From contig CAXIUT010000230.1 in NCBI GenBank assembly GCA_964035545.1, positions 1 through 64,000 of the forward strand: a stretch of 64,000 nucleotides of DNA. The letters are read 5' to 3'. How positions within the stretch are numbered: the stretch's first letter is position 1; every line of letters starts with the position of its first letter. The notes under the pieces were generated by a model. The model ran no database searches. It had not been told where the DNA came from and saw only the letters and a list, made by a program, of their open reading frames with translations. The DNA comes from Bugula neritina. Its lineage: Eukaryota; Animalia; Bryozoa. Made by a program: the position numbers and the translations under genes. Shown in pieces: positions 48,801-64,000 of this stretch.

Positions 48801-51640
48801 ATACTGTAACTCGCTGAAACATACTGTAACTCACTGAAATATAGTGTAATATACGGAAATGTACTGTAAAATACTGGAATATACTGTAACACACTGAAAT
48901 ATACTGCAACATACTGAAATACACTGTAACATACTGAATTATACTGCAACATCCTGCAACATACTGAAATACACTGTAACATACTGAAATACACTGCAAC
49001 ACACTGCAACATACTGCAACATACTAAAATATACTGCAACATACTGAAATACATTGCAAAATACTGAAATACACTGTAACACACTGAAATATACTGCAAC
49101 ATACTGCAACATACTAAAATATGCTGCAACATACTGAAATACACTGCAAAATACTGAAATACACTATAACATACTGAAATATACTGCAACACACTGCAAC
49201 ATACCGCAACATGCTAAAATATACTGCAACATACTGAAATACACTGCAAAATACTGAAATACACTGTAACATACTGAAATATACTGCAACATACTGAAAT
49301 ACCCTGCTACATACTGAAATATACTGCAACACACTGCAACATACTGCAACATACTAAAATACACTGCAACATAATGAAATACACTGCAACACATTGAAAT
49401 ATACTGCATGCAAAATACTGAAATACACTGCTACATACTGAAATATACTGCAACACACTGCAACATACTGCAACATACTAAAATATACTGCAACATACTG
49501 AAATACACTGCAAAATACTGAAATACACTGTAACATACTGAAATATACTGCAACACACTGCAACATACTGCAACATACTAAAATACACTGTAACATATTG
49601 AAATACACTGCAACACATTGAAATATACTGCAATGTACCGAAATATATGGTAAACTACTGAAATATACTGTCACACATTGAAATATACTGCAACATACTG
49701 AAATACAGTGCTACATACTGAAATATACTGCAACATACTGCAACATAGTGAAATACACTGTAACATACTGAAATACGCTGCAACATACTACAACATATTG
49801 AAATACACTGCAACACAGTGAAATATACTGTAACATACCTAAATATACGGTAATATACCAAAATATACTGTAACACATTTAAAAAAACTGCAACATACTG
49901 AAATACACTGCAACACACTGAAATACACTGCAAAATACTGTAACACACTGAAATATACTGCAATACACTGCTACATACTGCAACATACTAAAATATACTG
50001 CAATATGCTGAAATACACTGCAAAATACTGAAATACACTTTAACATACTGAAATATACTGCAACATACTGAAATACACTGCTACATACTGAAATATACTG
50101 CAACACACTGCAACATACTGCAACATACTAAAATACACTGTAACATATTGAAATACATTGCAACACATTGAAATATACTGCAAAATACTGAAATACACTG
50201 CTACATACTGAAATATACTGCGACACACTGCAACATACTGCAACATACTAAAATATACTGCAACACATTGAAATATACTGCAATGTACCGAAATATATGG
50301 TAAACTACTGAAATATACTGTCACACATTGAAAAATACTGCAACATACTGAAATATACTGCGACACATTGCAATATACTGTAACATACTGAAATATGCTG
50401 TAGCACACTGAAATACACTGCAACTCACTGAAATATACTGCAACATACTGAAATACACTGTAACATATTGAAATATACTGCAACATACTGAAATACAGTG
50501 CTACATACTGAAATATACTGCAACAAACTGCAATACACTGAAATACACTGTAACATACTGAAATAAACTGCAACATACTACAACATATTAAAAGACACTG
50601 CAACACATTGAAATATACTGCAACATACCTAAATATACGGTAATATACCAAAATATACTGTAATACATTGAAATACACTGCAACACATTGAAATATACTG
50701 TAACTCGCTGAAACATACTGTAACTCATTGAAATATAGTGTAATATACGGAAATGTACTGTAAAATACTGGAATATACTGTAACACACTGAAATATACTG
50801 CAACATACTGAAATACACTGTAACATACTGAATTATACTGCAACATCCTGCAACATACTGAAATACACTGTAACATACTGAAATACACTGCAACACACTG
50901 CAACATACTGCAACATACCAAAACATACTGCAACATACTGAAATACACGGCAAAATACTGAAATACACTGCAAAATACTACAACATATTGAAATACACTG
51001 CAACACATTGAAATATACTGCAACATACCTAAATATACGGTAAGATACTGAAATAAACTGTAACACATTGAAAAATACTGCAACATACTGAAAGATACTG
51101 CAAGATACTGCAACATACTGAACTACACTGTAACATAATGAAACACACTGCAACATACTGTATTATACTGACATACACTGGAACATATTGAAATACACTG
51201 CAACAAATTGAAGTATACTGCAACACACTGAAACACACTGAAATACACCGCAAAACACTACAACATACTGAAACATATTGCAACATACTGAAATACACTA
51301 CTACATACTGAAATATACTGCAACATACTGCACCATGCTGAAATACACTGTAACATACTAAAATACACTGCAACATACTACAACATATTGAAATACACTG
51401 CAACACATTGAAACATACTGCAACATACCTAAATATACGGTAATATACTGAAATATACTGTAAAACATTGAAAAACACTGCAACATACTGAAATACACTG
51501 CAACACACTGAAATATACTGCAATGTACCGAAATATATGGTAAACTACTGAAATATACTGACACACATCGCAATATACTGTAACATACTGAAATATGCTG
51601 TAGCACACTGAAATACACTGCAACTCACTGAGATATACTG
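45810..51640. repeat. Dispersed copy of ~33350-39290 (offset ~12.45 kb falling to 12352 through whole-monomer deletions)
   Basis: Pseudo-ORF pairs 33640/46092, 34308/46700, 35974/48326, 37303/49655 and 38677/51029; marker CAACATACGG in this context at 36165/48517. Confidence 0.8.
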
Positions 51641-52730
51641 CAATATACTGAAATACAATGTAACATATTGAAATATACTGCAACATACTGCAACATACTG
51701 AAATACATTGCAACACACTGAAATACACTGCAAAACACTGTAACACACTGAAATATACTGCAACACACTGCAACATACTGCAACATACTAAAATATACTG
51801 CAACATACTGAAATACAGTGCAAAATACTGAAATACACTGTAACATACTGAAATATACTGCAACATACTGAAATACACTGCTACATACTGAAATATACTG
51901 CAACACACAGCAACATACTGCAACATACTAAAATACGCTGCAACATATTGGAATACACTGCAACGCATTGAAATATACTGCAAAATACTGAAATACACTG
52001 CTACATACTGAAATATACTGCAACACACTGCAACATACTGCAACATACTAAAATATACTGCAACATACTGAAATATACTGCAAAATACTGAAATATACTG
52101 CTACATACTGAAATATACTGCAACACACTGCGACATACTGCAACATACTAAAATATACTGCAACATACTGAAATACACTGCAAAATACTGAAATACACTT
52201 TAACATACTGAAATATACTGCAACATACTGAAATACACTGCTACATACTGAAATATACTGCAACACACTGCAACATACTGCAACATACTAAAATACACTG
52301 TAACATATTGAAATACACTGCAACACATTGAAATATACTGCAAAATACTGAAATACACTGCTACATACTGAAATATACTGCGACACACTGCAACATACTG
52401 CAACATACTAAAATATACTGCAACATACTGAAATACACTGCAAAATACTGAAATACACTGTAACATACTGAAATATACTGCAACATACTGAAATACATTG
52501 CTACATACTGAAATATACTGCAACACACTGCAACATACTGCAACATACTAAAATATACTGCAACATACTGAAATATACTGCAACATACTAAAATACACTG
52601 TAACATATTGAAATACACTGCAACACATTGAAATATACTGCAATGTACCGAAATATATGGTAAACTACTGAAATATACTGTCACACATTGAAAAATACTG
52701 CAACATACTGAAATATACTGCGACACATTG

Positions 52731-55700
52731 CAATATACTGTAACATACTGAAATATGCTGTAGCACACTGAAATACACTGCAACTCACTGAAATATACTG
52801 CAACATACTGAAATACACTTCAACACATTGAAATATACTGCAACATACTGAAATACAGTGCTACATACTGAAATATACTGCAACATACTGCAACATAGTG
52901 AAATACACTGTAACATACTGAAATACGCTGCAACATACTACAACAAATTGAAATACACTGCAACACATTGAAATATACTGTAACATACCTAAATATACGG
53001 TAATATACCAAAATATACTGTAACACACTTAAAAAAACTGCAACATACTGAAATACACTGCAACACACTGAAATACACTGCAAAATACTGTAACACACTG
53101 AAATATACTGCAATACACTGCAACATACTGCAACATACTAAAATATACTGCAATATACTGAAATACACTGCAAAATACTGAAATACACTTTAACATACTG
53201 AAATATACTGCAACATACTGAAATACACTGCTACATACTGAAATATACTGCAACACACTGCAACATACTGCAACATACTAAAATACACTGTAACATATTG
53301 AAATATACTGCAACATACCTAAATATACGGTAAGATACTGAAATAAACTGTAACACATTGAAAAATACTGCAACATACCGAAAGATACTGCAAGATACTG
53401 CAACATACTGAACTACACTGTAACATAATGAAACACACTGCAACATACTGTATTATACTGACATGCACTGGAACATATTGAAATACACTGCAACAAATTG
53501 AAGTATACTGCAACACACTGAAACATACGGCAACATACTGAAATATACTGCAACAGATTGATATATACAGCAACATACTGAAATATACTGCGAAACAATG
53601 CAATATACTGTAACATACTGAAATATGCTGTAGCACACTGAAATACACTGCAACTCACTGAAATATACCGCAACATACTGAAATACACTGTAACATATTG
53701 AAATATACTGCAACATACTGCAACATACTGAAATACACTGGAACATATTGAAATACACTGCAACAAATTGAAGTATACTGCAACACACTGAAACACACTG
53801 AAATACACCGCAAAACACTACAACATACTGAAACATATTGCAACATACTGAAATACACTACTACATACTGAAATATACTGCAACATACTGCACCATACTG
53901 AAATACACTGTAACATACTAAAATACACTGCAACATACTACAACATATTGAAATACACTGCAACACATTGAAATATACTGCAACATACCTAAATATACGT
54001 TAATATACAGAAATATACTGAAACACATTGAAAAACACTGCAACATACTGAAATACACTGCAACACACTAAAATACACCGCCAAATACTACAACATACTG
54101 AAATGCACTGTAACATATTGAAATACACTGCAACACATTGAAATATACTGTAACATACCTAAATATACGGTAATATACCAAAATATACTGTAACACATTT
54201 AAAAATACTGCAACATACTGAAATACACTGCAACACACTGAAATACACTGCAAAATACTGTAACACACTGAAATATACTGCAATACACTGCAACATACTG
54301 CAACATACTAAAATATACTGCAACATACTGAAATACACTGCAAAATACTGAAATACACTTTAACATACTGAAATATACTGCAACATACTGAAATACACTG
54401 CTACATACTGAAATATACTGCAACATACTGCAACATACTGCAACATACTAAAATACACTGTAACATATTGAAATACACTGCAACACATTGAAATATACTG
54501 CAAAATACTGAAATACACTGCTACATACTGAAATATACTGCGACACACTGCAACATACTGCAACATACTAAAATATACTGCAACATACTGAAATACACTG
54601 CAAAATACTGAAATACACTGTAACATACTGAAATATACTGCAACATACTGAAATACATTGCTACATACTGAAATATACTGCAACACACTGCAACATACTG
54701 CAACATACTAAAATATACTGCAACATACTGAAATACACTGCAAAATACTGAAATACACTGTAACATACTGAAATACACTGCAAAATACTACAACTTATTG
54801 AAATACACTGCAATACATTGAAATATACTGCAACATACCTAAATATACGGTAATATACTGAAATATACTGTAACACATTGAAAAATACTACAAAATACTG
54901 AAATACACTGCAACATACTACAACATACTGAAATACGCTGTAATACATTGAAATACACTGCAACACATTGAAATATACTGTAACGCGCTGAAACATACTG
55001 TAACTCACTGAAATATAAAGTAATATACGGAAATGTACTGTAAAATACTGGAATATACTGTAACATACTGAAATATACTGCAACATACTGAAATACACTG
55101 TAACATACTGAATTATACTGCAACATCCTGCAACATACTGAAATACACTGTAACATACTGAAATACACTGCAACACACTGCAACATACTGCAACATACTA
55201 AAATATACTGCAACATACTGAAATACACTGCAAAATACTGAAATACACTGTAACACACTGAAATATACTGCAACATACTGCAACATACTAAAATATGCTG
55301 CAACATACTGAAATACACTGCAAAATACAGAAATACACTATAACATACTGAAATATACTGCAACACACTGCAACATACCGCAACATGGTAAAATATACTG
55401 CAACATACTGAAATACACTGCAAAATACTGAAATACACTGTAACATTCTGAAATATACTGCAACATACTGAAATACACTGCTACATACTGAAATATACTG
55501 CAACACACTGCAACATACTGCAACATACTAAAATACACTGTAACATAATGAACTACACTGCAACACATTGAAATATACTGCATGCAAAATACTGAAATAC
55601 ACTGCTACATACTGAAATATACTGCAACACACTGCAACATACTGCAACATACTAAAATATACTGCAACATACTGAAATACACTGCAAAATACTGAAATAC

Positions 55701-58700
55701 ACTGTAACATACTGAAATATACTGCAACACACTGCAACATACTGCAACATACTAAAATACACTGTAACATATTGAAATACACTGCAACACAGTGAAATAT
55801 ACTGCAATGTACCGAAATATATGGTGAACTGCTGAAATATACTGTCACACATTGAAAAATACTGCAACATACTGAAATATACTGCGACACATTGCAATAT
55901 ACTGTAACATACTGAAATATGCTGTAGCACACTGAAACACACTGCAACTCACTGAAATATACTGCAACATACTGAAATACACTGTAACATATTGAAATAT
56001 ACTGCAACATACTGAAATACAGTGCTACATACTGAAATATACTGCAACATACTGCAACATACTGAAATACACTGTAACATACTGAAATACACTGCAACAT
56101 ACTACAACATATTGAAAGACACTGCAACACATTGAAATATACTGCAACATACCTAAATATACGGTAATATACAGAAATATACTGTAACACATTGAAAAAC
56201 ACTGCAACATACTGAAATACACTGCAACACACTGAAATACACCGCAAAATACTACAATATACTGAAATGCACTGTAACATATTGAAATACACTGCAACAC
56301 ATTGAAATATACTGCAATGTGCCGAAATATATGGTAAACTACAGAAATATACTGACACACATCGCAATATACTGTAACATACTGAAATATGCTGTAGCAC
56401 ACTGAAATACACTGCAACTCACTGAAATATACTGCAACATACTGAAATACCCTGTAACATATTGAAATATACTGCAACATACTGCAACATACTGAAATAC
56501 ATTGCAACACACTGAAATACACTGCAAAACACTGTAACACACTGAAATATACTGCAATGTACCGAAATATATGGTGAACTACTGAAATATACTGTCACAC
56601 ATTGAAAAATACTGCAACATACTGAAATATACTGCGACACATTGCAATATACTGTAACATACTGACATATGCTGTAGCACACTGAAATACACTGCAACTC
56701 ACTGAAATATACTGCAACATACTGAAATACACTTCAACACATTGAAATATACTGCAACATACTGAAATACAGTGCTACATACTGAAATATACTGCAACAT
56801 ACTGCAACATAGTGAAATACACTGTAACATACTGAAATACACTGCAACATACTGCAACATACTGAAATACACTGCAACACACTGAAATACACTGCAAAAT
56901 ACTGTAACACACTGAAATATACTGCAATACACTGCAACATACCGCAACATACTAAAATATACTGCAACATACTGAAATACACTGCAAAATACTGAAATAC
57001 ACTTTAACATACTGAAATATACTGCAACATACTGAAATACACTGCTACATACTGAAATATACTGCAACACACTGCAACATACTGCAACATACTAAAATAC
57101 ACTGTAACATATTGAAATACACTGCAACACATTGAAATATACTGCAAAATACTGAAATACACTGCTACATACTGAAATATACTGCGACACACTGCAACAT
57201 ACTGCAACATACTAAAATATACTGCAACATACTGAAATACACTGCTAAATACTGAAATACACTGTAACATACTGAAACACACTGCAAAATACTACAACAT
57301 ATTGAAATACACTGCAATACATTGAAATATACTGCAACATACCTAAATATACGGTAATATACTGAAATATACTGTAACACATTGAAAAATACTACAAAAT
57401 ACTGAAATACACTGCAACATACTACAACATACTGAAATACGCTGTAATACATTGAAATACACTGCAACACCTTGAAATATACTGTAACTCGCTGAAACAT
57501 ACTGTAACTCACTGAAATATAGTGTAATATATGGAAATGTACTGTAAAATACTGGAATATACTGTAACACACTGAAATATACTGCAACATACTGAAATAC
57601 ACTGTAACATACTGAATTATACTGCAACATCCTGCAACATACTGAAATACACTGTAACATACTGAAATACACTGCAACACACTGCAACATACTGCATCAT
57701 ACTAAAATATACTGTAACATACTGAAATACACTGCAAAATACTGAAATACACTGTAACACACTGAAATATACTGCAACATACTGCAACATACTAAAATAT
57801 GCTGCAACATACTGAAATACACTGCAAAATACTGAAATACACTATAACATACTGAAATATACTGCAACACACTGCAACATACCGCAACATGCTAAAATAT
57901 ACTGCAACATACTGAAATACACTGCAAAATACTGAAATACACTGTAACATACTGAAATATACTGCAACATACTGAAATACACTGCTACATACTGAAATAT
58001 ACTGCAACACACTGCAACATACTGCAACATACTAAAATACACTGCAACATAATGAAATACACTGCAACACATTGAAATATACTGCATGCAAATTACTGAA
58101 ATACACTGCTACATACTGAAATTTACTGCAACACACTGCAACATACTGCAACATACTAAAATATACTGCAACATACTGAAATACACTGCAAAATACTGAA
58201 ATACACTGTAACATACTGAAATATACTGCAACACACTGCAACATACTGCAACATACTAAAATACACTGTAACATATTGAAATACACTGCAACACAGTGAA
58301 ATATACTGCAATGTACCGAAATATATGGTGAACTGCTGAAATATACTGTCACACATTGAAAAATACTGCAACATACTGAAATATACTGTAACATACTGAA
58401 ATACGCTGTAGCACACTGAAATACACTGCAACTCACTGAAATATACTGCACCCTACTGAAATACACTGTAACATATTGAAAAATACTGCAGCATAGTGCA
58501 ACATACTGAAATACACTGTAACATACTGAAATACACTGCAAAATACTACAACATATTGAAATACACTGCAACACATTGAAATATACTGCAACATACCTAA
58601 ATATACGGTAAGATACTGAAATAAACTGTAACACATTGAAAAATACTGCAACATACTGAAAGATACTGCAAGATACTGCAACATACTGAACTACACTGTA

Positions 58701-61700
58701 ACATAATGAAACACACTGCAACATACTGTATTATACTGACATGCACTGGAACATATTGAAATACACTGCAACAAATTGAAGTATACTGCAACACACTGAA
58801 ACATACGGCAACATACTGAAATATACTGCAACAGATTGATATATACAGCAACATACTGAAATATACTGCGAAACAATGCAATATACTGTAACATACTGAA
58901 ATATGCTGTAGCACACTGAAATACACTGCAACTCACTGAAATATACTGCAACATACTGAAATACACTTCAACACATTGAAATATACTGCAACATACTGAA
59001 ATACAGTGCTACATACTGAAATATACTGCAACATACTGCAACATAGTGAAATACACTGTAACATACTGAAATACGCTGCAACATACTACAACAAATTGAA
59101 ATACACTGCAACACATTGAAATATACTGTAACATACCTAAATATACGGTAATATACCAAAATATACTGTAACACACTTAAAAAAACTGCAACATACTGAA
59201 ATACACTGCAACACACTGAAATACACTGCAAAATACTGTAACACACTGAAATATACTGCAATACACTGCAACATACTGCAACATACTAAAATATACTGCA
59301 ATATACTGAAATACACTGCAAAATACTGAAATACACTTTAACATACTGAAATATACTGCAACATACTGAAATACACTGCTACATACTGAAATATACTGCA
59401 ACACACTGCAACATACTGCAACATACTAAAATACACTGTAACATATTGAAATATACTGCAACATACCTAAATATACGGTAAGATACTGAAATAAACTGTA
59501 ACACATTGAAAAATACTGCAACATACCGAAAGATACTGCAAGATACTGCAACATACTGAACTACACTGTAACATAATGAAACACACTGCAACATACTGTA
59601 TTATACTGACATGCACTGGAACATATTGAAATACACTGCAACAAATTGAAGTATACTGCAACACACTGAAACATACGGCAACATACTGAAATATACTGCA
59701 ACAGATTGATATATACAGCAACATACTGAAATATACTGCGAAACAATGCAATATACTGTAACATACTGAAATATGCTGTAGCACACTGAAATACACTGCA
59801 ACTCACTGAAATATACCGCAACATACTGAAATACACTGTAACATATTGAAATATACTGCAACATACTGCAACATACTGAAATACACTGGAACATATTGAA
59901 ATACACTGCAACAAATTGAAGTATACTGCAACACACTGAAACACACTGAAATACACCGCAAAACACTACAACATACTGAAACATATTGCAACATACTGAA
60001 ATACACTACTACATACTGAAATATACTGCAACATACTGCACCATACTGAAATACACTGTAACATACTAAAATACACTGCAACATACTACAACATATTGAA
60101 ATACACTGCAACACATTGAAATATACTGCAACATACCTAAATATACGTTAATATACAGAAATATACTGAAACACATTGAAAAACACTGCAACATACTGAA
60201 ATACACTGCAACACACTAAAATACACCGCCAAATACTACAACATACTGAAATGCACTGTAACATATTGAAATACACTGCAACACATTGAAATATACTGTA
60301 ACATACCTAAATATACGGTAATATACCAAAATATACTGTAACACATTTAAAAATACTGCAACATACTGAAATACACTGCAACACACTGAAATACACTGCA
60401 AAATACTGTAACACACTGAAATATACTGCAATACACTGCAACATACTGCAACATACTAAAATATACTGCAACATACTGAAATACACTGCAAAATACTGAA
60501 ATACACTTTAACATACTGAAATATACTGCAACATACTGAAATACACTGCTACATACTGAAATATACTGCAACATACTGCAACATACTGCAACATACTAAA
60601 ATACACTGTAACATATTGAAATACACTGCAACACATTGAAATATACTGCAAAATACTGAAATACACTGCTACATACTGAAATATACTGCGACACACTGCA
60701 ACATACTGCAACATACTAAAATATACTGCAACATACTGAAATACACTGCAAAATACTGAAATACACTGTAACATACTGAAATATACTGCAACATACTGAA
60801 ATACATTGCTACATACTGAAATATACTGCAACACACTGCAACATACTGCAACATACTAAAATATACTGCAACATACTGAAATACACTGCAAAATACTGAA
60901 ATACACTGTAACATACTGAAATACACTGCAAAATACTACAACTTATTGAAATACACTGCAATACATTGAAATATACTGCAACATACCTAAATATACGGTA
61001 ATATACTGAAATATACTGTAACACATTGAAAAATACTACAAAATACTGAAATACACTGCAACATACTACAACATACTGAAATACGCTGTAATACATTGAA
61101 ATACACTGCAACACATTGAAATATACTGTAACGCGCTGAAACATACTGTAACTCACTGAAATATAAAGTAATATACGGAAATGTACTGTAAAATACTGGA
61201 ATATACTGTAACATACTGAAATATACTGCAACATACTGAAATACACTGTAACATACTGAATTATACTGCAACATCCTGCAACATACTGAAATACACTGTA
61301 ACATACTGAAATACACTGCAACACACTGCAACATACTGCAACATACTAGAATATACTGCAACATACTGAAATACACTGCAAAATACTGAAATACACTGTA
61401 ACACACTGAAATATACTGCAACATACTGCAACATACTAAAATATGCTGCAACATACTGAAATACACTGCAAAATACAGAAATACACTATAACATACTGAA
61501 ATATACTGCAACACACTGCAACATACCGCAACATGGTAAAATATACTGCAACATACTGAAATACACTGCAAAATACTGAAATACACTGTAACATTCTGAA
61601 ATATACTGCAACATACTGAAATACACTGCTACATACTGAAATATACTGCAACACACTGCAACATACTGCAACATACTAAAATACACTGTAACATAATGAA

Positions 61701-64000
61701 CTACACTGCAACACATTGAAATATACTGCATGCAAAATACTGAAATACACTGCTACATACTGAAATATACTGCAACACACTGCAACATACTGCAACATAC
61801 TAAAATATACTGCAACATACTGAAATACACTGCAAAATACTGAAATACACTGTAACATACTGAAATATACTGCAACACACTGCAACATACTGCAACATAC
61901 TAAAATACACTGTAACATATTGAAATACACTGCAACACAGTGAAATATACTGCAATGTACCGAAATATATGGTGAACTGCTGAAATATACTGTCACACAT
62001 TGAAAAATACTGCAACATACTGAAATATACTGCGACACATTGCAATATACTGTAACATACTGAAATATGCTGTAGCACACTGAAACACACTGCAACTCAC
62101 TGAAATATACTGCAACATACTGAAATACACTGTAACATATTGAAATATACTGCAACATACTGAAATACAGTGCTACATACTGAAATATACTGCAACATAC
62201 TGCAACATACTGAAATACACTGTAACATACTGAAATACACTGCAACATACTACAACATATTGAAAGACACTGCAACACATTGAAATATACTGCAACATAC
62301 CTAAATATACGGTAATATACAGAAATATACTGTAACACATTGAAAAACACTGCAACATACTGAAATACACTGCAACACACTGAAATACACCGCAAAATAC
62401 TACAATATACTGAAATGCACTGTAACATATTGAAATACACTGCAACACATTGAAATATACTGCAATGTGCCGAAATATATGGTAAACTACAGAAATATAC
62501 TGACACACATCGCAATATACTGTAACATACTGAAATATGCTGTAGCACACTGAAATACACTGCAACTCACTGAAATATACTGCAACATACTGAAATACCC
62601 TGTAACATATTGAAATATACTGCAACATACTGCAACATACTGAAATACATTGCAACACACTGAAATACACTGCAAAACACTGTAACACACTGAAATATAC
62701 TGCAATGTACCGAAATATATGGTGAACTACTGAAATATACTGTCACACATTGAAAAATACTGCAACATACTGAAATATACTGCGACACATTGCAATATAC
62801 TGTAACATACTGACATATGCTGTAGCACACTGAAATACACTGCAACTCACTGAAATATACTGCAACATACTGAAATACACTTCAACACATTGAAATATAC
62901 TGCAACATACTGCAACATAGTGAAATACACTGTAACATACTGAAATACACTGCAACATACTGCAACATACTGAAATACACTGCAACACACTGAAATACAC
63001 TGCAAAATACTGTAACACACTGAAATATACTGCAATACACTGCAACATACCGCAACATACTAAAATATACTGCAACATACTGAAATACACTGCAAAATAC
63101 TGAAATACACTTTAACATACTGAAATATACTGCAACATACTGAAATACACTGCTACATACTGAAATATACTGCAACACACTGCAACATACTGCAACATAC
63201 TAAAATACACTGTAACATATTGAAATACACTGCAACACATTGAAATATACTGCAAAATACTGAAATACACTGCTACATACTGAAATATACTGCGACACAC
63301 TGCAACATACTGCAACATACTAAAATATACTGCAACATACTGAAATACACTGCTAAATACTGAAATACACTGTAACATACTGAAACACACTGCAAAATAC
63401 TACAACATATTGAAATACACTGCAATACATTGAAATATACTGCAACATACCTAAATATACGGTAATATACTGAAATATACTGTAACACATTGAAAAATAC
63501 TACAAAATACTGAAATACACTGCAACATACTACAACATACTGAAATACGCTGTAATACATTGAAATACACTGCAACACCTTGAAATATACTGTAACTCGC
63601 TGAAACATACTGTAACTCACTGAAATATAGTGTAATATATGGAAATGTACTGTAAAATACTGGAATATACTGTAACACACTGAAATATACTGCAACATAC
63701 TGAAATACACTGTAACATACTGAATTATACTGCAACATCCTGCAACATACTGAAATACACTGTAACATACTGAAATACACTGCAACACACTGCAACATAC
63801 TGCATCATACTAAAATATACTGTAACATACTGAAATACACTGCAAAATACTGAAATACACTGTAACACACTGAAATATACTGCAACATACTGCAACATAC
63901 TAAAATATGCTGCAACATACTGAAATACACTGCAAAATACTGAAATACACTATAACATACTGAAATATACTGCAACACACTGCAACATACCGCAACATGC
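52731..64000. repeat. Tandem duplication, 6148-bp unit (52731-58878; 58879 to beyond the window end, with a 40-bp deletion near 62900)
   Basis: Pseudo-ORF pairs 52820/58968 and 55528/61676, then 57004/63112 (offset 6108); shared rare variants AAATATAAAG 55011/61159 and CAATGTGCCG 56315/62463. Confidence 0.93.

Larger units (their letters stand above)
4978..64000. repeat. Satellite B: 10-bp monomer array, two monomer classes YAACAYAYTG and AAATAYACTG (common 20-bp dimer CAACATACTG-AAATAYACTG); at least 59 kb, truncated by the window end
   Basis: Seen directly: 10-mers ending mostly in ACTG run without any unique-sequence interruption; the + strand is A/C-rich with about one G per monomer. Confidence 0.99.

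Noticed and set aside
4938-63798. All ORFs in the six-frame track, including 28631-29776 (381 aa) and the 358-aa ORFs at 37688, 39738 and 50040
   Set aside because: A 10-bp period gives the same 10-aa pattern (MLQYVAVYFS / QCISVCCSIF) in all three minus frames. The ORFs overlap, have no recognisable domain, and start and stop at chance monomer variants.
4978-64000. CRISPR array or other repeat-spacer system
   Set aside because: There are no unique spacers; the sequence between recurring phrases is itself made of the same 10-mers, and no cas-like gene is present.
4978-64000. LexA/SOS-box-like TACTG(T) half-sites
   Set aside because: They occur as direct repeats without the CTG-N10-CAG dyad, and there is no bacterial gene context.
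1-64000. Assignment to a named satellite family or species
   Set aside because: I do not recognise either monomer with confidence; this needs a Dfam/Repbase or nucleotide database search.

Overview
The whole window is tandem satellite DNA, most consistent with eukaryotic heterochromatin (inference; the organism cannot be identified from this sequence). I found no credible genes, RNA genes, mobile elements or CRISPR arrays. Two arrays abut directly. Satellite A (1-~4975) is built from ~10-bp subunits GCACATTTAG/GCACTTTT(T)A, is rich in 1-bp indels, and has ~815-bp and ~3.15-kb higher-order repeats. Satellite B (~4978-64000, continuing past the window end) is built from strict 10-bp monomers CAACATACTG/AAATAYACTG, with nested higher-order structure and recent near-identical tandem duplications of 1500, 3290, 2050 and 6148 bp. 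All listed ORFs are artefacts of the 10-bp repeat. The most notable observations are: (i) satellite B keeps its 10-bp register for 59 kb, apart from one 4-bp TGCA duplication present in 9 copies and a single 1-bp deletion; (ii) satellite A looks like an inverted, diverged relative of satellite B; (iii) the junction is sharp, with a short microhomology and a more diverged array edge. I see no evidence for a new protein-coding system. All comparisons were made by eye and with the ORF-track offsets, so boundaries are approximate.
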